The notes below the pieces were generated by a model. The model was not told the origin of the DNA. It searched no databases and saw nothing but the letters and a program-made list of their open reading frames with translations. Positions 9,475-17,647 of a DNA stretch of 64,000 bases are shown here, piece by piece (within the stretch, counting starts at the first letter, position 1; every line of letters begins with the position of its first letter). The position numbers and the translations under genes were made by a program. Origin of the DNA: a virus; the IMG/VR virus record IMGVR_UViG_3300027833_001310, positions 1 to 64,000 of that record. One strand, given 5' to 3'.

Positions 9475-9549
9475 TGGTACTCCCTAGGAGAGTCGAACTC
9501 CTGTTGCCGAGATGAAAACCCGGTGTCCTAACCACTAGACGAAGGGAGC
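9475..9549 (-). tRNA. tRNA-Glu(TTC)
   Basis: Cloverleaf GCTCCCT..CCGGG-TTTTCAT-CTCGG..TTCGA..AGGGAGT-A-CCA. Confidence 0.93.
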
Positions 9550-9555
9550 ATAAAT

Positions 9556-9630
9556 TGGAGGGATGGGTAGCAGTCGTTTGTTAGTACTTTTATAATGTGA
9601 ACTCTGCAAATCATTCGCTACCCTGTCCCT
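9556..9630 (-). ncRNA. CCA-terminated long-hairpin RNA candidate, not a tRNA
   Basis: GGGACAGGGTAGC pairs with GCTACCCATCCC followed by TCCA; lies between a promoter and tRNA-Glu. Confidence 0.55.
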
Positions 9631-9728
9631 TACCCGAGTAATAAAACCCCTATATGCTCGTTGCAAACAGTACACTTAGGGATTGACCCAATTTACGGAA
9701 TACCATTCGAGTTTGCAACAATGCGTAT

Positions 9729-9757
9729 ATTATACTACTAACAGGTATGCAAGTCAA
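9729..9757 (-). promoter_or_regulatory. sigma70-type promoter for the ncRNA/tRNA-Glu unit
   Basis: TTGACT-N17-TATAAT. Confidence 0.8.
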
Positions 9758-9758
9758 C

Positions 9759-9953
9759 CTATATTTTGCCTGATAATAGATCTATTGCTTGTTGTGTTTG
9801 CGATGCACTAGGTACATCAGCATCTACAGGATGTTCAAACGCCTGCAGTATTTTAACTGCTTTGCTGTATAGCTCTTCTTTTGTATCTGCAGACATTACC
9901 GCAGTACCGTTGTCCACTACGATATATTTGTTATCTATTAGCATTAGTTTCAT
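9759..9953 (-). CDS. Hypothetical protein
   Basis: 64-aa ORF with TAAGTA-N5-ATG start. Confidence 0.6.
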   Translation of the reverse strand: MKLMLIDNKYIVVDNGTAVMSADTKEELYSKAVKILQAFEHPVDADVPSASQTQQAIDLLSGKI

Positions 9954-10042
9954 ACCCTTACTTATAAGTTTTTAGATATCTGATTTTAAATTTTTGATAA
10001 ATATATAGATAACAACAACTCTATCGTAGGAATCAATTTGCC

Positions 10043-10648
10043 ATGGCAGACATAAAAAAATATAATTTGAAAGGCGTAGGTGCTAATGTAGAACTTGGTA
10101 AACAAGGTTCATATATTAGCGGTACATCAGACGCTGTTTCTTTCTTTAACAATACAGATGCATTACAAAAAGTAAGCATTGCAAATGCTACATTAGCCGG
10201 TCACGCTATTACTAAAGCACAACTTGATGATGTTGCTGGTGACTTAATACAGCATTTCACAACAGAATTTGACTACACTACTACTTCAGTTGATTTAGCA
10301 GGCGTAACATCAGGCTCTAGAATCATTGGCGTAACAGTTGATATTCCTACAGCATGGACAGCAACTAATAACACCGGAACTTTTGTAGAAGTTGGTGACT
10401 CAGGTAACCAATCTAGATTCATCGGCACTGGTGGCGTAGACATTAAACTTGCAGGACAATATCACAGTCAGTATCAATATGAATACGATGCAGCTGACAC
10501 ATTAGAACTAAATGTAACAGCCGGCGATGCAACTGCTGGTGTAGGTTCAGTTAGTGTAATAGTATCAAATGGTATACTAAGTGTAACAGATTACGGTGGC
10601 ATCCAGTCTTCGGCTGATGTTAACAGCGATCTCGGTAACATAGCATAA
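10043..10648 (+). CDS. Putative virion structural protein
   Basis: G/T/A-rich beta protein, late TAAATA upstream, paralog of next gene. Confidence 0.6.
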   Translation: MADIKKYNLKGVGANVELGKQGSYISGTSDAVSFFNNTDALQKVSIANATLAGHAITKAQLDDVAGDLIQHFTTEFDYTTTSVDLAGVTSGSRIIGVTVDIPTAWTATNNTGTFVEVGDSGNQSRFIGTGGVDIKLAGQYHSQYQYEYDAADTLELNVTAGDATAGVGSVSVIVSNGILSVTDYGGIQSSADVNSDLGNIA

Positions 10649-10658
10649 AGGATATAGT

Positions 10659-11198
10659 ATGAAGCAATACAATTTAAAAGGTGTTGGACAAACAGTTGAA
10701 CTAGGCAAGCAGGGACCTAAAGTTGTAGGTTCTGCTAACTCCGTAGCAATACAAGACAAAGACGGTAATGCTGAAAACTTAATTATGTCTGCTGGTACAG
10801 ATGCAGAGCATGCTGTTACCTTAGCACAGTTAGATGCAGAAACAGGCTTCCGAGTAATGACAGTTAACGAAACTGTTACTTACGATGGTGGGACACAATA
10901 CTTATTCACAGCAAAAGCAAATACTACTATCTTAGGTGCAATGATTGAGAAGACTGCAGGTAACTGGGCTGACTATGATGCATTTACTGATATTACTATT
11001 GGTGATGCTGCAGACAACGATAGATTATTTGACCAAGGCTGGACTCCGGACGGAACTCAAGCAATTGGTAGTACTCAACATAAGTACACTGCTGATACAG
11101 CTATATATGCGTATGTTACTCAAGGTGGTGCTACTGCTGGTGGTGCTAGAATTAGAGTGAAGCATGTAGGGCCTGACTTAGACCAAACGGCTCCATAA
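10659..11198 (+). CDS. Putative virion structural protein (paralog of 10043)
   Basis: Shared YNLKGVG..VELGKQG and HA.T.AQLD. Confidence 0.6.
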   Translation: MKQYNLKGVGQTVELGKQGPKVVGSANSVAIQDKDGNAENLIMSAGTDAEHAVTLAQLDAETGFRVMTVNETVTYDGGTQYLFTAKANTTILGAMIEKTAGNWADYDAFTDITIGDAADNDRLFDQGWTPDGTQAIGSTQHKYTADTAIYAYVTQGGATAGGARIRVKHVGPDLDQTAP

Positions 11199-11203
11199 TA
11201 ACT

Positions 11204-12028
11204 ATGAATATTTTCGATATTACAGAAGCAAAAGCAAAAGTTGTTCGAGCTAGTGATAAAAAGCCAAAGAAAATAAAGCCTTCCACAGGACACGAAAGCC
11301 CACATCCAATGCAAGGTAAACTTGTAGGAGAGGGCAATCGACCTCAGAAGCCAAAGTCTTACAGTGCAAGAAATCCAGTTGCAAAGAATATTGAAAAGTT
11401 CAATAGACCTGCAACACACATGGACAAGAAAAAAGAAATGAAGAAGAAGGGACCTAAAATCCAAATGGATGAAGGCCCTTTAGTTTTACAAGGCAAATCC
11501 GGTGTTAACGGTATGCTTGACAGATTTCTAGATACATGGAAAAGTTCAGATCCTTCAGAAGAACAGTACGCAGATTTAATGAAAGTACTCGGCAAACACA
11601 TAGAATTTCAAGACGGTAAGAGAGTTGTCCTCACAGACTTAGAAGAAGGCAATATTGGTAAAGCAGTAGGTGCATTAGCACTAGTAGCAGCTTTAGGATA
11701 TGCTATGCCATCTGCTAAAGATAGCCCACTAGGTAAAGAATTACAACTAGCCGCACAACAAGGTGACACTGTAGCAGAATACCATTTAGATAATTTAGAT
11801 CTTTATATGGAAGCAAGTGATCAACGAACAATGATTAACTTAAAAATTGCATACATTGAAGATTCACCAAGAGAAGATGTTAAAGCATACTTAGCCAAGA
11901 AAGCAGGTATCGAAGAAGCAAAGAGTCCTACAAGCATGGATTGCTGGGACGGTTACAAAAAGGACGGCACAAAAGCAGGCACTGGCAAAAATAAGGGCAA
12001 GCGAGTAAACAACTGCGTTCCTAAGTAA
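11204..12028 (+). CDS. Modular putative internal head protein
   Basis: MNIFDITE N-terminus; short modules ending in CWDGYKK...VNNCVPK. Confidence 0.55.
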   Translation: MNIFDITEAKAKVVRASDKKPKKIKPSTGHESPHPMQGKLVGEGNRPQKPKSYSARNPVAKNIEKFNRPATHMDKKKEMKKKGPKIQMDEGPLVLQGKSGVNGMLDRFLDTWKSSDPSEEQYADLMKVLGKHIEFQDGKRVVLTDLEEGNIGKAVGALALVAALGYAMPSAKDSPLGKELQLAAQQGDTVAEYHLDNLDLYMEASDQRTMINLKIAYIEDSPREDVKAYLAKKAGIEEAKSPTSMDCWDGYKKDGTKAGTGKNKGKRVNNCVPK

Positions 12029-12048
12029 CAACTTAAAAGGAATACAAC

Positions 12049-12330
12049 ATGGACACACTTACAACGATGCTCACCGACCGGGTGTGGATCTACACTGCAA
12101 TCGCAGGATCACTACTAGGTGCAGCTTTCCTAGCATACTTTAAAGGAACAAAAGCAGGTATATGGGCTTACAGTAAGTTTGACCAGTTCCTAGACTTCTT
12201 AGTACAACGTTATGGATGGACGTGGTTTAAACAGGACGAGAACGCTTGGCGTAAACGTTACCCTAAAGTAACTGCAAAAATTGACAACCTCGAAGCAAGA
12301 ATCGCAAAACTAGAAAACAAAAAAAAGTAA
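12049..12330 (+). CDS. Small membrane protein
   Basis: One TM plus C-terminal coiled coil; AAGGA SD. Confidence 0.65.
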   Translation: MDTLTTMLTDRVWIYTAIAGSLLGAAFLAYFKGTKAGIWAYSKFDQFLDFLVQRYGWTWFKQDENAWRKRYPKVTAKIDNLEARIAKLENKKK

Positions 12331-12360
12331 AATCTCTCTGTATTATTGATAAGTAATACT

Positions 12361-13023
12361 ATGGGATATTATAAAAGAAATAACGGTTTTACTAGAGGCC
12401 CAGCCTGGGCAGAACAACCTTTTCAACATATAACACATGAGTTTTGGCCCGACTTAACAAAGTTAAGGGAAGAAGCACTAGCGGTTAGAGATTCTAATGA
12501 ACATAGATTAACTGTACAAGTACCTAACGGCAGAGACGATGTAGATGATGTTGTATTGGACTTTCAATTTGTAAGCGATCATACGCCAGTACTGCAACAG
12601 CATTGGCAAAACTTTCAAGACTGGTTTGGTGAGACTGGAGCTGCATACTGTCAATATTTCTATATAGATGCAAATGCAGATTACGAATGGCACAGAGATA
12701 ACGTTCTAAGAGACATAGAATACGACCCAAGAAAAGTTCAAGAAACTACTACAGCAGAAATACCTGACAAATATAAAGTTAATTCACAAACTAACTTTCC
12801 AGTACAATGTGCTATTAATGTAGTATTAACAGAAGATGGTTCAGAATGCGAGTTTTATGATTTTGGATCTTATAAATATACGGCTGGAATATTAAATACA
12901 TCTCACTTACATAGGGTTTTCCCTTCGGAGCAGAGAATACTAGCAAGGATTTCTTTTTTAGAATTATTATATGAAGAAGTTATCCACAGAGTTAGAAAAC
13001 TAGAAAAGAGGAATAAAAAATGA
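12361..13023 (+). CDS. 2OG-Fe(II) oxygenase-like protein
   Basis: WHRD...CAINVVL...LNTSHLHRV...R; start moved to the ATG after TAAGTA. Confidence 0.6.
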   Translation: MGYYKRNNGFTRGPAWAEQPFQHITHEFWPDLTKLREEALAVRDSNEHRLTVQVPNGRDDVDDVVLDFQFVSDHTPVLQQHWQNFQDWFGETGAAYCQYFYIDANADYEWHRDNVLRDIEYDPRKVQETTTAEIPDKYKVNSQTNFPVQCAINVVLTEDGSECEFYDFGSYKYTAGILNTSHLHRVFPSEQRILARISFLELLYEEVIHRVRKLEKRNKK

Positions 13024-13178
13024 TAGATTGGATTAAAGCAAGATTAAAAGAAAGAACAAGTTGGGACGGTAGCGTTCTAATTGGCGGTGGTATTGTAATG
13101 ATACTAGCACCTATAAACCTAATTGCATACGGCATGATAGCATACGGCCTGTGGACAATTGCAACCAAAGAAGGATAA
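13020..13178 (+). CDS. Small two-TM (holin-like) protein
   Basis: Hand translation MIDWIKARLKERTSWDGSVLIGGGIVMILAPINLIAYGMIAYGLWTIATKEG; overlaps both neighbours. Confidence 0.65.
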   Translation: MIDWIKARLKERTSWDGSVLIGGGIVMILAPINLIAYGMIAYGLWTIATKEG

Positions 13179-13345
13179 TGGCAAAAGCAGCACAACGCAA
13201 AAAGAACAAGTCGTTAATTAACGGCACAGGAAGAAAGTGTACATCAACTGGTATTGGTGGTAGAGGACGCAAAGTAAAAATTGCTATGTCTACTATGAAT
13301 AAAAGTAAAAAACGTTGTATGGCTATGAGTAGGGGGCAAGGATAA
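13178..13345 (+). CDS. Small basic protein
   Basis: MAKAAQRKK...SRGQG; coupled stop/start. Confidence 0.6.
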   Translation: MAKAAQRKKNKSLINGTGRKCTSTGIGGRGRKVKIAMSTMNKSKKRCMAMSRGQG

Positions 13346-13557
13346 TGCCAACTAAATTTAGAGCAAGTGCTACTACTGTAAAACGTGGTACTAAAACAGC
13401 AGTAACAGAACACTATTATATTAGGAACACACCTAAAGAAGAACTTATTGAGTATCTTAATAATGGTCAAAAGCCAAAGGTAAAACAAAAATGTTCAAAC
13501 GAATTAGTTCGTAGAGGTATTGAAATTGTTTGGAAGGATAAAGAACCTGACTCATAA
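13345..13557 (+). CDS. Hypothetical protein
   Basis: 70-aa ORF, coupled start. Confidence 0.6.
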   Translation: MPTKFRASATTVKRGTKTAVTEHYYIRNTPKEELIEYLNNGQKPKVKQKCSNELVRRGIEIVWKDKEPDS

Positions 13558-13584
13558 ATTTGTATTTAGAAGATAAATACAATT

Positions 13585-16299
13585 ATGAAAATACATAATA
13601 TTACTGGACCATCGCAAATAACTGAACATGTTAAGGGTGGCCTCGACAGTTACTATCAGCTAACCAAAGCAAAACGTTTGGCAAAAGCAGACGGGCATGA
13701 CTATGACAAACTTCCTGAATACGATAGAGGTAAAGATCAACCTCACAAAGAAAAGTATATGGCTTTAGCAAAAGAAGTCAACGAAATGGACCAAGACGAA
13801 GTAGATACTGGACCAACTTGGAAAGATGATTTAGAAGATGCATTAGATGGTTATCCTGAATGGGCACATGAATATATCAAAGATGGTGTATGTCCTGAAT
13901 GTGGCGGTAATGGTTACATGGATGGTGACTACGAAAACGAAGATGGTGAAGAGAATGACGAGTGCAATGGCATGTATGACTATGATTGTGATGAAGGCGA
14001 AATCAGAGATAATACTTGGGCAGATGAATTAAAAAGCAAAGAGCCTGAAGCACCTAAACAACCAGCACCAAGCAAAGAACAAATTATGAAGATACTTCCT
14101 CGTTTACATGATGACTATGTAAAGACAGGAAGATACAATGCATTTGAATTAGGTGGCATACTTAAACAAATGTATCCAGAATTAAATAAAAGAGAAGCAG
14201 GTAGTTATGTAGCAGACTTCCTATCAAACTTCAAAGAAAGTGCTCAAGTAGAAGAATTAAACGATATAAGAAAAAGAGCCGGACTACCTATAAAAGAAAT
14301 AGAAGATAATGATTATGAAAAAGCATATGATTTTGAACCAACACCAGAAGCAGAAGCATGGTATAATTCTATAGTGGATCACGATGACCTCGATAACATG
14401 TATAACCAATGGGAAGAAGCATTTTCACAAGCCGACACTGAAGATAAAGTTGATGTAGCATTACATCATGTGCAAGGTTTATTAGCAGATGGGCCATTAG
14501 ACGATTATAATACTTTATGGCAAGCATGGGAACAAGATGAAGATATAGAAGATATGCTACCAAAATATCAAGCAATGGCAAAAAAATCAGCAGGAACTCC
14601 TGCACTTCCTATGATGGGAGAAGCAGAAGGTGATGACTGTAAAAAATGTAATGGCAAAGGAAAGATAGATTATCATTCCGAAGACGGTCCTAGCAAATGT
14701 CCAGATTGTAGCGGTAAAGGCAAGCAAAAGTGGAAGCCAGAACCAGTTAATTGGGGTAAGGTCAAAGAAGATGAAGGCGCTTATGCAAATTACGTTACTT
14801 ATGTTGGACCAAACGGAGAAGAATTAGGCACTGAAGATTACGATGGTGAATTAGAACCAGATATGATGGCTCAAATGGCATCAGATGAAGAATGCAAAAT
14901 GTTATGTGATAAACACAATATAGACTATAATGATACTATTGGTTGTTTGAAATTTGACGACGGAGAAGCAACAATGCAAGATGGTGAAGAATTACCAGAT
15001 GGCACAATAGCATTTTATGGTGGAAAAGATGGATCAATAGAAGTAGAAGAATTAAACGATATAAGAAAAAGAGCCGGACTACCTATAAAAGAAATAGAAG
15101 AAAATGAGCCCGGGTCGATGACCAGATATTTCTTACAACAAGACTTTACTCAAATGAGCCAAGGTAAAGCATCAGATATTGTAGGTGGAATTGCCGATGA
15201 AGTCTTCCCCAATTACGATATGCATGAAGATCCTTTAGATGGTGCTCTTGATGAATTGCATGATTTGTTAGACGACGAAACTATGAAAGGATATGATTTT
15301 GATAGAGGTGAAATGGATTATCCTGATACCAGTGAATTTTACTTATCTGACAATGATTATAAATCTTTACCAAAAATACAACAAATAGTACGAGCCAAGT
15401 ATATAGAAAGAATGAATGGTCCTGATATTAAAGATGAACTAAAGAATTACAACTTTACCAATGACAAACCACAAGAACTTCCAGGTATGAATGTACCTCA
15501 AGAATCAATTGAAGAAGCAGAAGAAAGCAGTGACGAAGTAATGGTTGCTAAAATGTTAGCAAAAGCATTAGGTGATCCTAATCGTTGGACTGAAATGTCA
15601 GCACCAGAGCTATACGCAGAACTTGAAAGTACTAATCCAGATGTAGCAGACATGATTAGCAAGGTTGCAAAGATGCTGTATGATGTTAAACTAGAAGAAC
15701 GAGCATACAAGGACGTTGGTGTTGCAGACACAGTCAAAGATCAACGTGGCAAAGAGTTTAACTTCGATAAAGGTAGTAAAAAGTTTAAGTCACAAGATGG
15801 CGAAGAAGCAGATGTTACTACTAAGTTAGGCAAAGACCTAATGAGGATTCGTAAGAATCAAATGAAGAAAACTACACCAAGTTATAAAACTAAAAAGAAT
15901 CAAGGACTAATGGCTTCATATGAATCTATAGAAGAAGCATACGGTGATAGCCATGAAATCACATTAGAAGATAACGAAGATTTTAATGATGTATTCGGAG
16001 TACTAGGCTACAGTTTATGTGAGCAAGATACATTCGAAGCAGAATACCAAGGACGTAAAGTTAAACTAAACAAGCCTATGCAAGGTGATGTTAAGAAGTT
16101 TAAGGTATACGTTAAAGATCCAAAAACTAAAAATGTTAAAAAAGTAAACTTTGGACACGGTGGAAGCAGTGTTAAAGGTAAGGCTATGAAGATTCGTAAA
16201 AATAATCCTAAGGCAAGAAAGAGCTTTAGAGCAAGACACAACTGCGACAATCCAGGACCAAAAACTAAGGCTAGATATTGGTCATGCAGGAAGTGGTAA
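13585..16299 (+). CDS. Large acidic modular putative internal head protein with CxxCxGxG zinc fingers and basic C-terminal domain
   Basis: CPECGGNG, CKKCNGKG, CPDCSGKG; two EELNDIRKRAGL; C-term KKVNFG..RKSFRARHNC..ARYWSC. Confidence 0.7.
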   Translation: MKIHNITGPSQITEHVKGGLDSYYQLTKAKRLAKADGHDYDKLPEYDRGKDQPHKEKYMALAKEVNEMDQDEVDTGPTWKDDLEDALDGYPEWAHEYIKDGVCPECGGNGYMDGDYENEDGEENDECNGMYDYDCDEGEIRDNTWADELKSKEPEAPKQPAPSKEQIMKILPRLHDDYVKTGRYNAFELGGILKQMYPELNKREAGSYVADFLSNFKESAQVEELNDIRKRAGLPIKEIEDNDYEKAYDFEPTPEAEAWYNSIVDHDDLDNMYNQWEEAFSQADTEDKVDVALHHVQGLLADGPLDDYNTLWQAWEQDEDIEDMLPKYQAMAKKSAGTPALPMMGEAEGDDCKKCNGKGKIDYHSEDGPSKCPDCSGKGKQKWKPEPVNWGKVKEDEGAYANYVTYVGPNGEELGTEDYDGELEPDMMAQMASDEECKMLCDKHNIDYNDTIGCLKFDDGEATMQDGEELPDGTIAFYGGKDGSIEVEELNDIRKRAGLPIKEIEENEPGSMTRYFLQQDFTQMSQGKASDIVGGIADEVFPNYDMHEDPLDGALDELHDLLDDETMKGYDFDRGEMDYPDTSEFYLSDNDYKSLPKIQQIVRAKYIERMNGPDIKDELKNYNFTNDKPQELPGMNVPQESIEEAEESSDEVMVAKMLAKALGDPNRWTEMSAPELYAELESTNPDVADMISKVAKMLYDVKLEERAYKDVGVADTVKDQRGKEFNFDKGSKKFKSQDGEEADVTTKLGKDLMRIRKNQMKKTTPSYKTKKNQGLMASYESIEEAYGDSHEITLEDNEDFNDVFGVLGYSLCEQDTFEAEYQGRKVKLNKPMQGDVKKFKVYVKDPKTKNVKKVNFGHGGSSVKGKAMKIRKNNPKARKSFRARHNCDNPGPKTKARYWSCRKW
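14246..14306 (+). repeat. 61-bp exact direct repeat, copy 1
   Basis: aagtagaagaattaaacgatataagaaaaagagccggactacctataaaagaaatagaaga. Confidence 0.95.
15041..15101 (+). repeat. 61-bp exact direct repeat, copy 2
   Basis: Identical to 14246..14306. Confidence 0.95.
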
Positions 16300-16400
16300 G
16301 AGTTAAAGAACCGCAGCATCCAGCAGAAGGCGAATACAGTTTAGACCAGTACGGTGAAGTAGTTGTATTCAAAAATGGTGTGTGGCAGTATCCCGCCTAG
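16293..16400 (+). CDS. Tiny hypothetical protein (35 aa)
   Basis: GTG start after AGGA; MVRVKEPQHPAEGEYSLDQYGEVVVFKNGVWQYPA. Confidence 0.45.
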   Translation: MVRVKEPQHPAEGEYSLDQYGEVVVFKNGVWQYPA

Positions 16401-16450
16401 TACAGCTCACAATGATTACATGGAAGTAGTTTTACCTACTAAATACAAGC

Positions 16451-17101
16451 ATGTTATATTCAAATGATTTTGAAAAACCCCATTATCTAGTTATCTCTTC
16501 AGTTCCAGAATCTAATAAAGATTTCGATCGCGGAGATTTCGACTTTACTGATCCACATGGATTCAAACTTAATTCTGTAGAAAAAGAGTTTTACAAAGCA
16601 AACGATATAAGAGTCGACAACGCTTTTGGTTCTGCTTGTGACCCACATCTTGCTATGGATTTAGAACACGAAAATGAACCTGCAAATAACGATAGATTTC
16701 AAATAGCTCATAGTTTTACACAGTATCGCTGCACCTTTAGGGGTGCTGCAAAAAAAGCTCTGGAAGAGCATGCTGTATGTGGCATATCACAAGCAAAACT
16801 ATTATTACAGATAAGGCCTAAGTGGGGCATAACTTTCCAAATGTATGCAATAAGTAAGGCAGATACTGTTTATGAATTATTGTCATTGGATTACAGTTAT
16901 AATTCATACACTGAGTTTAATAATAACGTCGATATGCTAAACGATAAACTAGTAAATTTAGATTGGAATGCGTATGCAGATCAAGTATACGATAGACGTG
17001 ATGAATGGCAGTTGGAAAATTATTATAATCAACGACAATGGAAATGTAATTTACTATTGGGTTTAGACACTCACTATGTGCCAATTACATCACTTAAATA
17101 A
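16451..17101 (+). CDS. Hypothetical protein
   Basis: 216-aa ORF with TAAATA-N5-ATG. Confidence 0.65.
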   Translation: MLYSNDFEKPHYLVISSVPESNKDFDRGDFDFTDPHGFKLNSVEKEFYKANDIRVDNAFGSACDPHLAMDLEHENEPANNDRFQIAHSFTQYRCTFRGAAKKALEEHAVCGISQAKLLLQIRPKWGITFQMYAISKADTVYELLSLDYSYNSYTEFNNNVDMLNDKLVNLDWNAYADQVYDRRDEWQLENYYNQRQWKCNLLLGLDTHYVPITSLK

Positions 17102-17643
17102 TGGATACATTATCAACTACAATACAAACCGATCGTCTTCAGACTGAGATGGATGCGTTTTTGGGTCATTATAACTTTTGGGAGTTACGGCAAATATCTC
17201 TTACTAGTTTAACTGGCGACGATGATTGGACTTGTTCTGTAGGTTCAGCACTAGCATTGCAGAAGCCAGAACGTATGTATAGTCAACTAAACAAATATTT
17301 AGAAGGCACATATATGGGCGAACTTATCAAAGAATACAACAAGTATTATAGATGGCGTCTACTACATATTCCAGCAGGGCAGTGCTACAGTGTACACTCA
17401 GATGCTTATACTAGTAAGATCAATAAACGAATACACATACCAATAACAACAAACCCTGATGCATACTTTTGTTACTATAGCGATAAGCCAGCAGACGGCC
17501 TTGAAACAACTGTAAAGTATCATCACATGCCGCTAGGTAGTGCATACGAAGTTAATACATCACAGTTACATAGTGCTATAAACTACGGTAAAACATCTAG
17601 ATATCATATGGTCGGTGTGAGATACGCTAAAGTAGATAAATAG
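17101..17643 (+). CDS. Aspartyl/asparaginyl beta-hydroxylase-like 2OG-Fe(II) oxygenase
   Basis: YSVHSD, RIHIPITTNP, NTSQLHSAIN, RYHMV. Confidence 0.75.
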   Translation: MDTLSTTIQTDRLQTEMDAFLGHYNFWELRQISLTSLTGDDDWTCSVGSALALQKPERMYSQLNKYLEGTYMGELIKEYNKYYRWRLLHIPAGQCYSVHSDAYTSKINKRIHIPITTNPDAYFCYYSDKPADGLETTVKYHHMPLGSAYEVNTSQLHSAINYGKTSRYHMVGVRYAKVDK

Positions 17644-17647
17644 TAGC

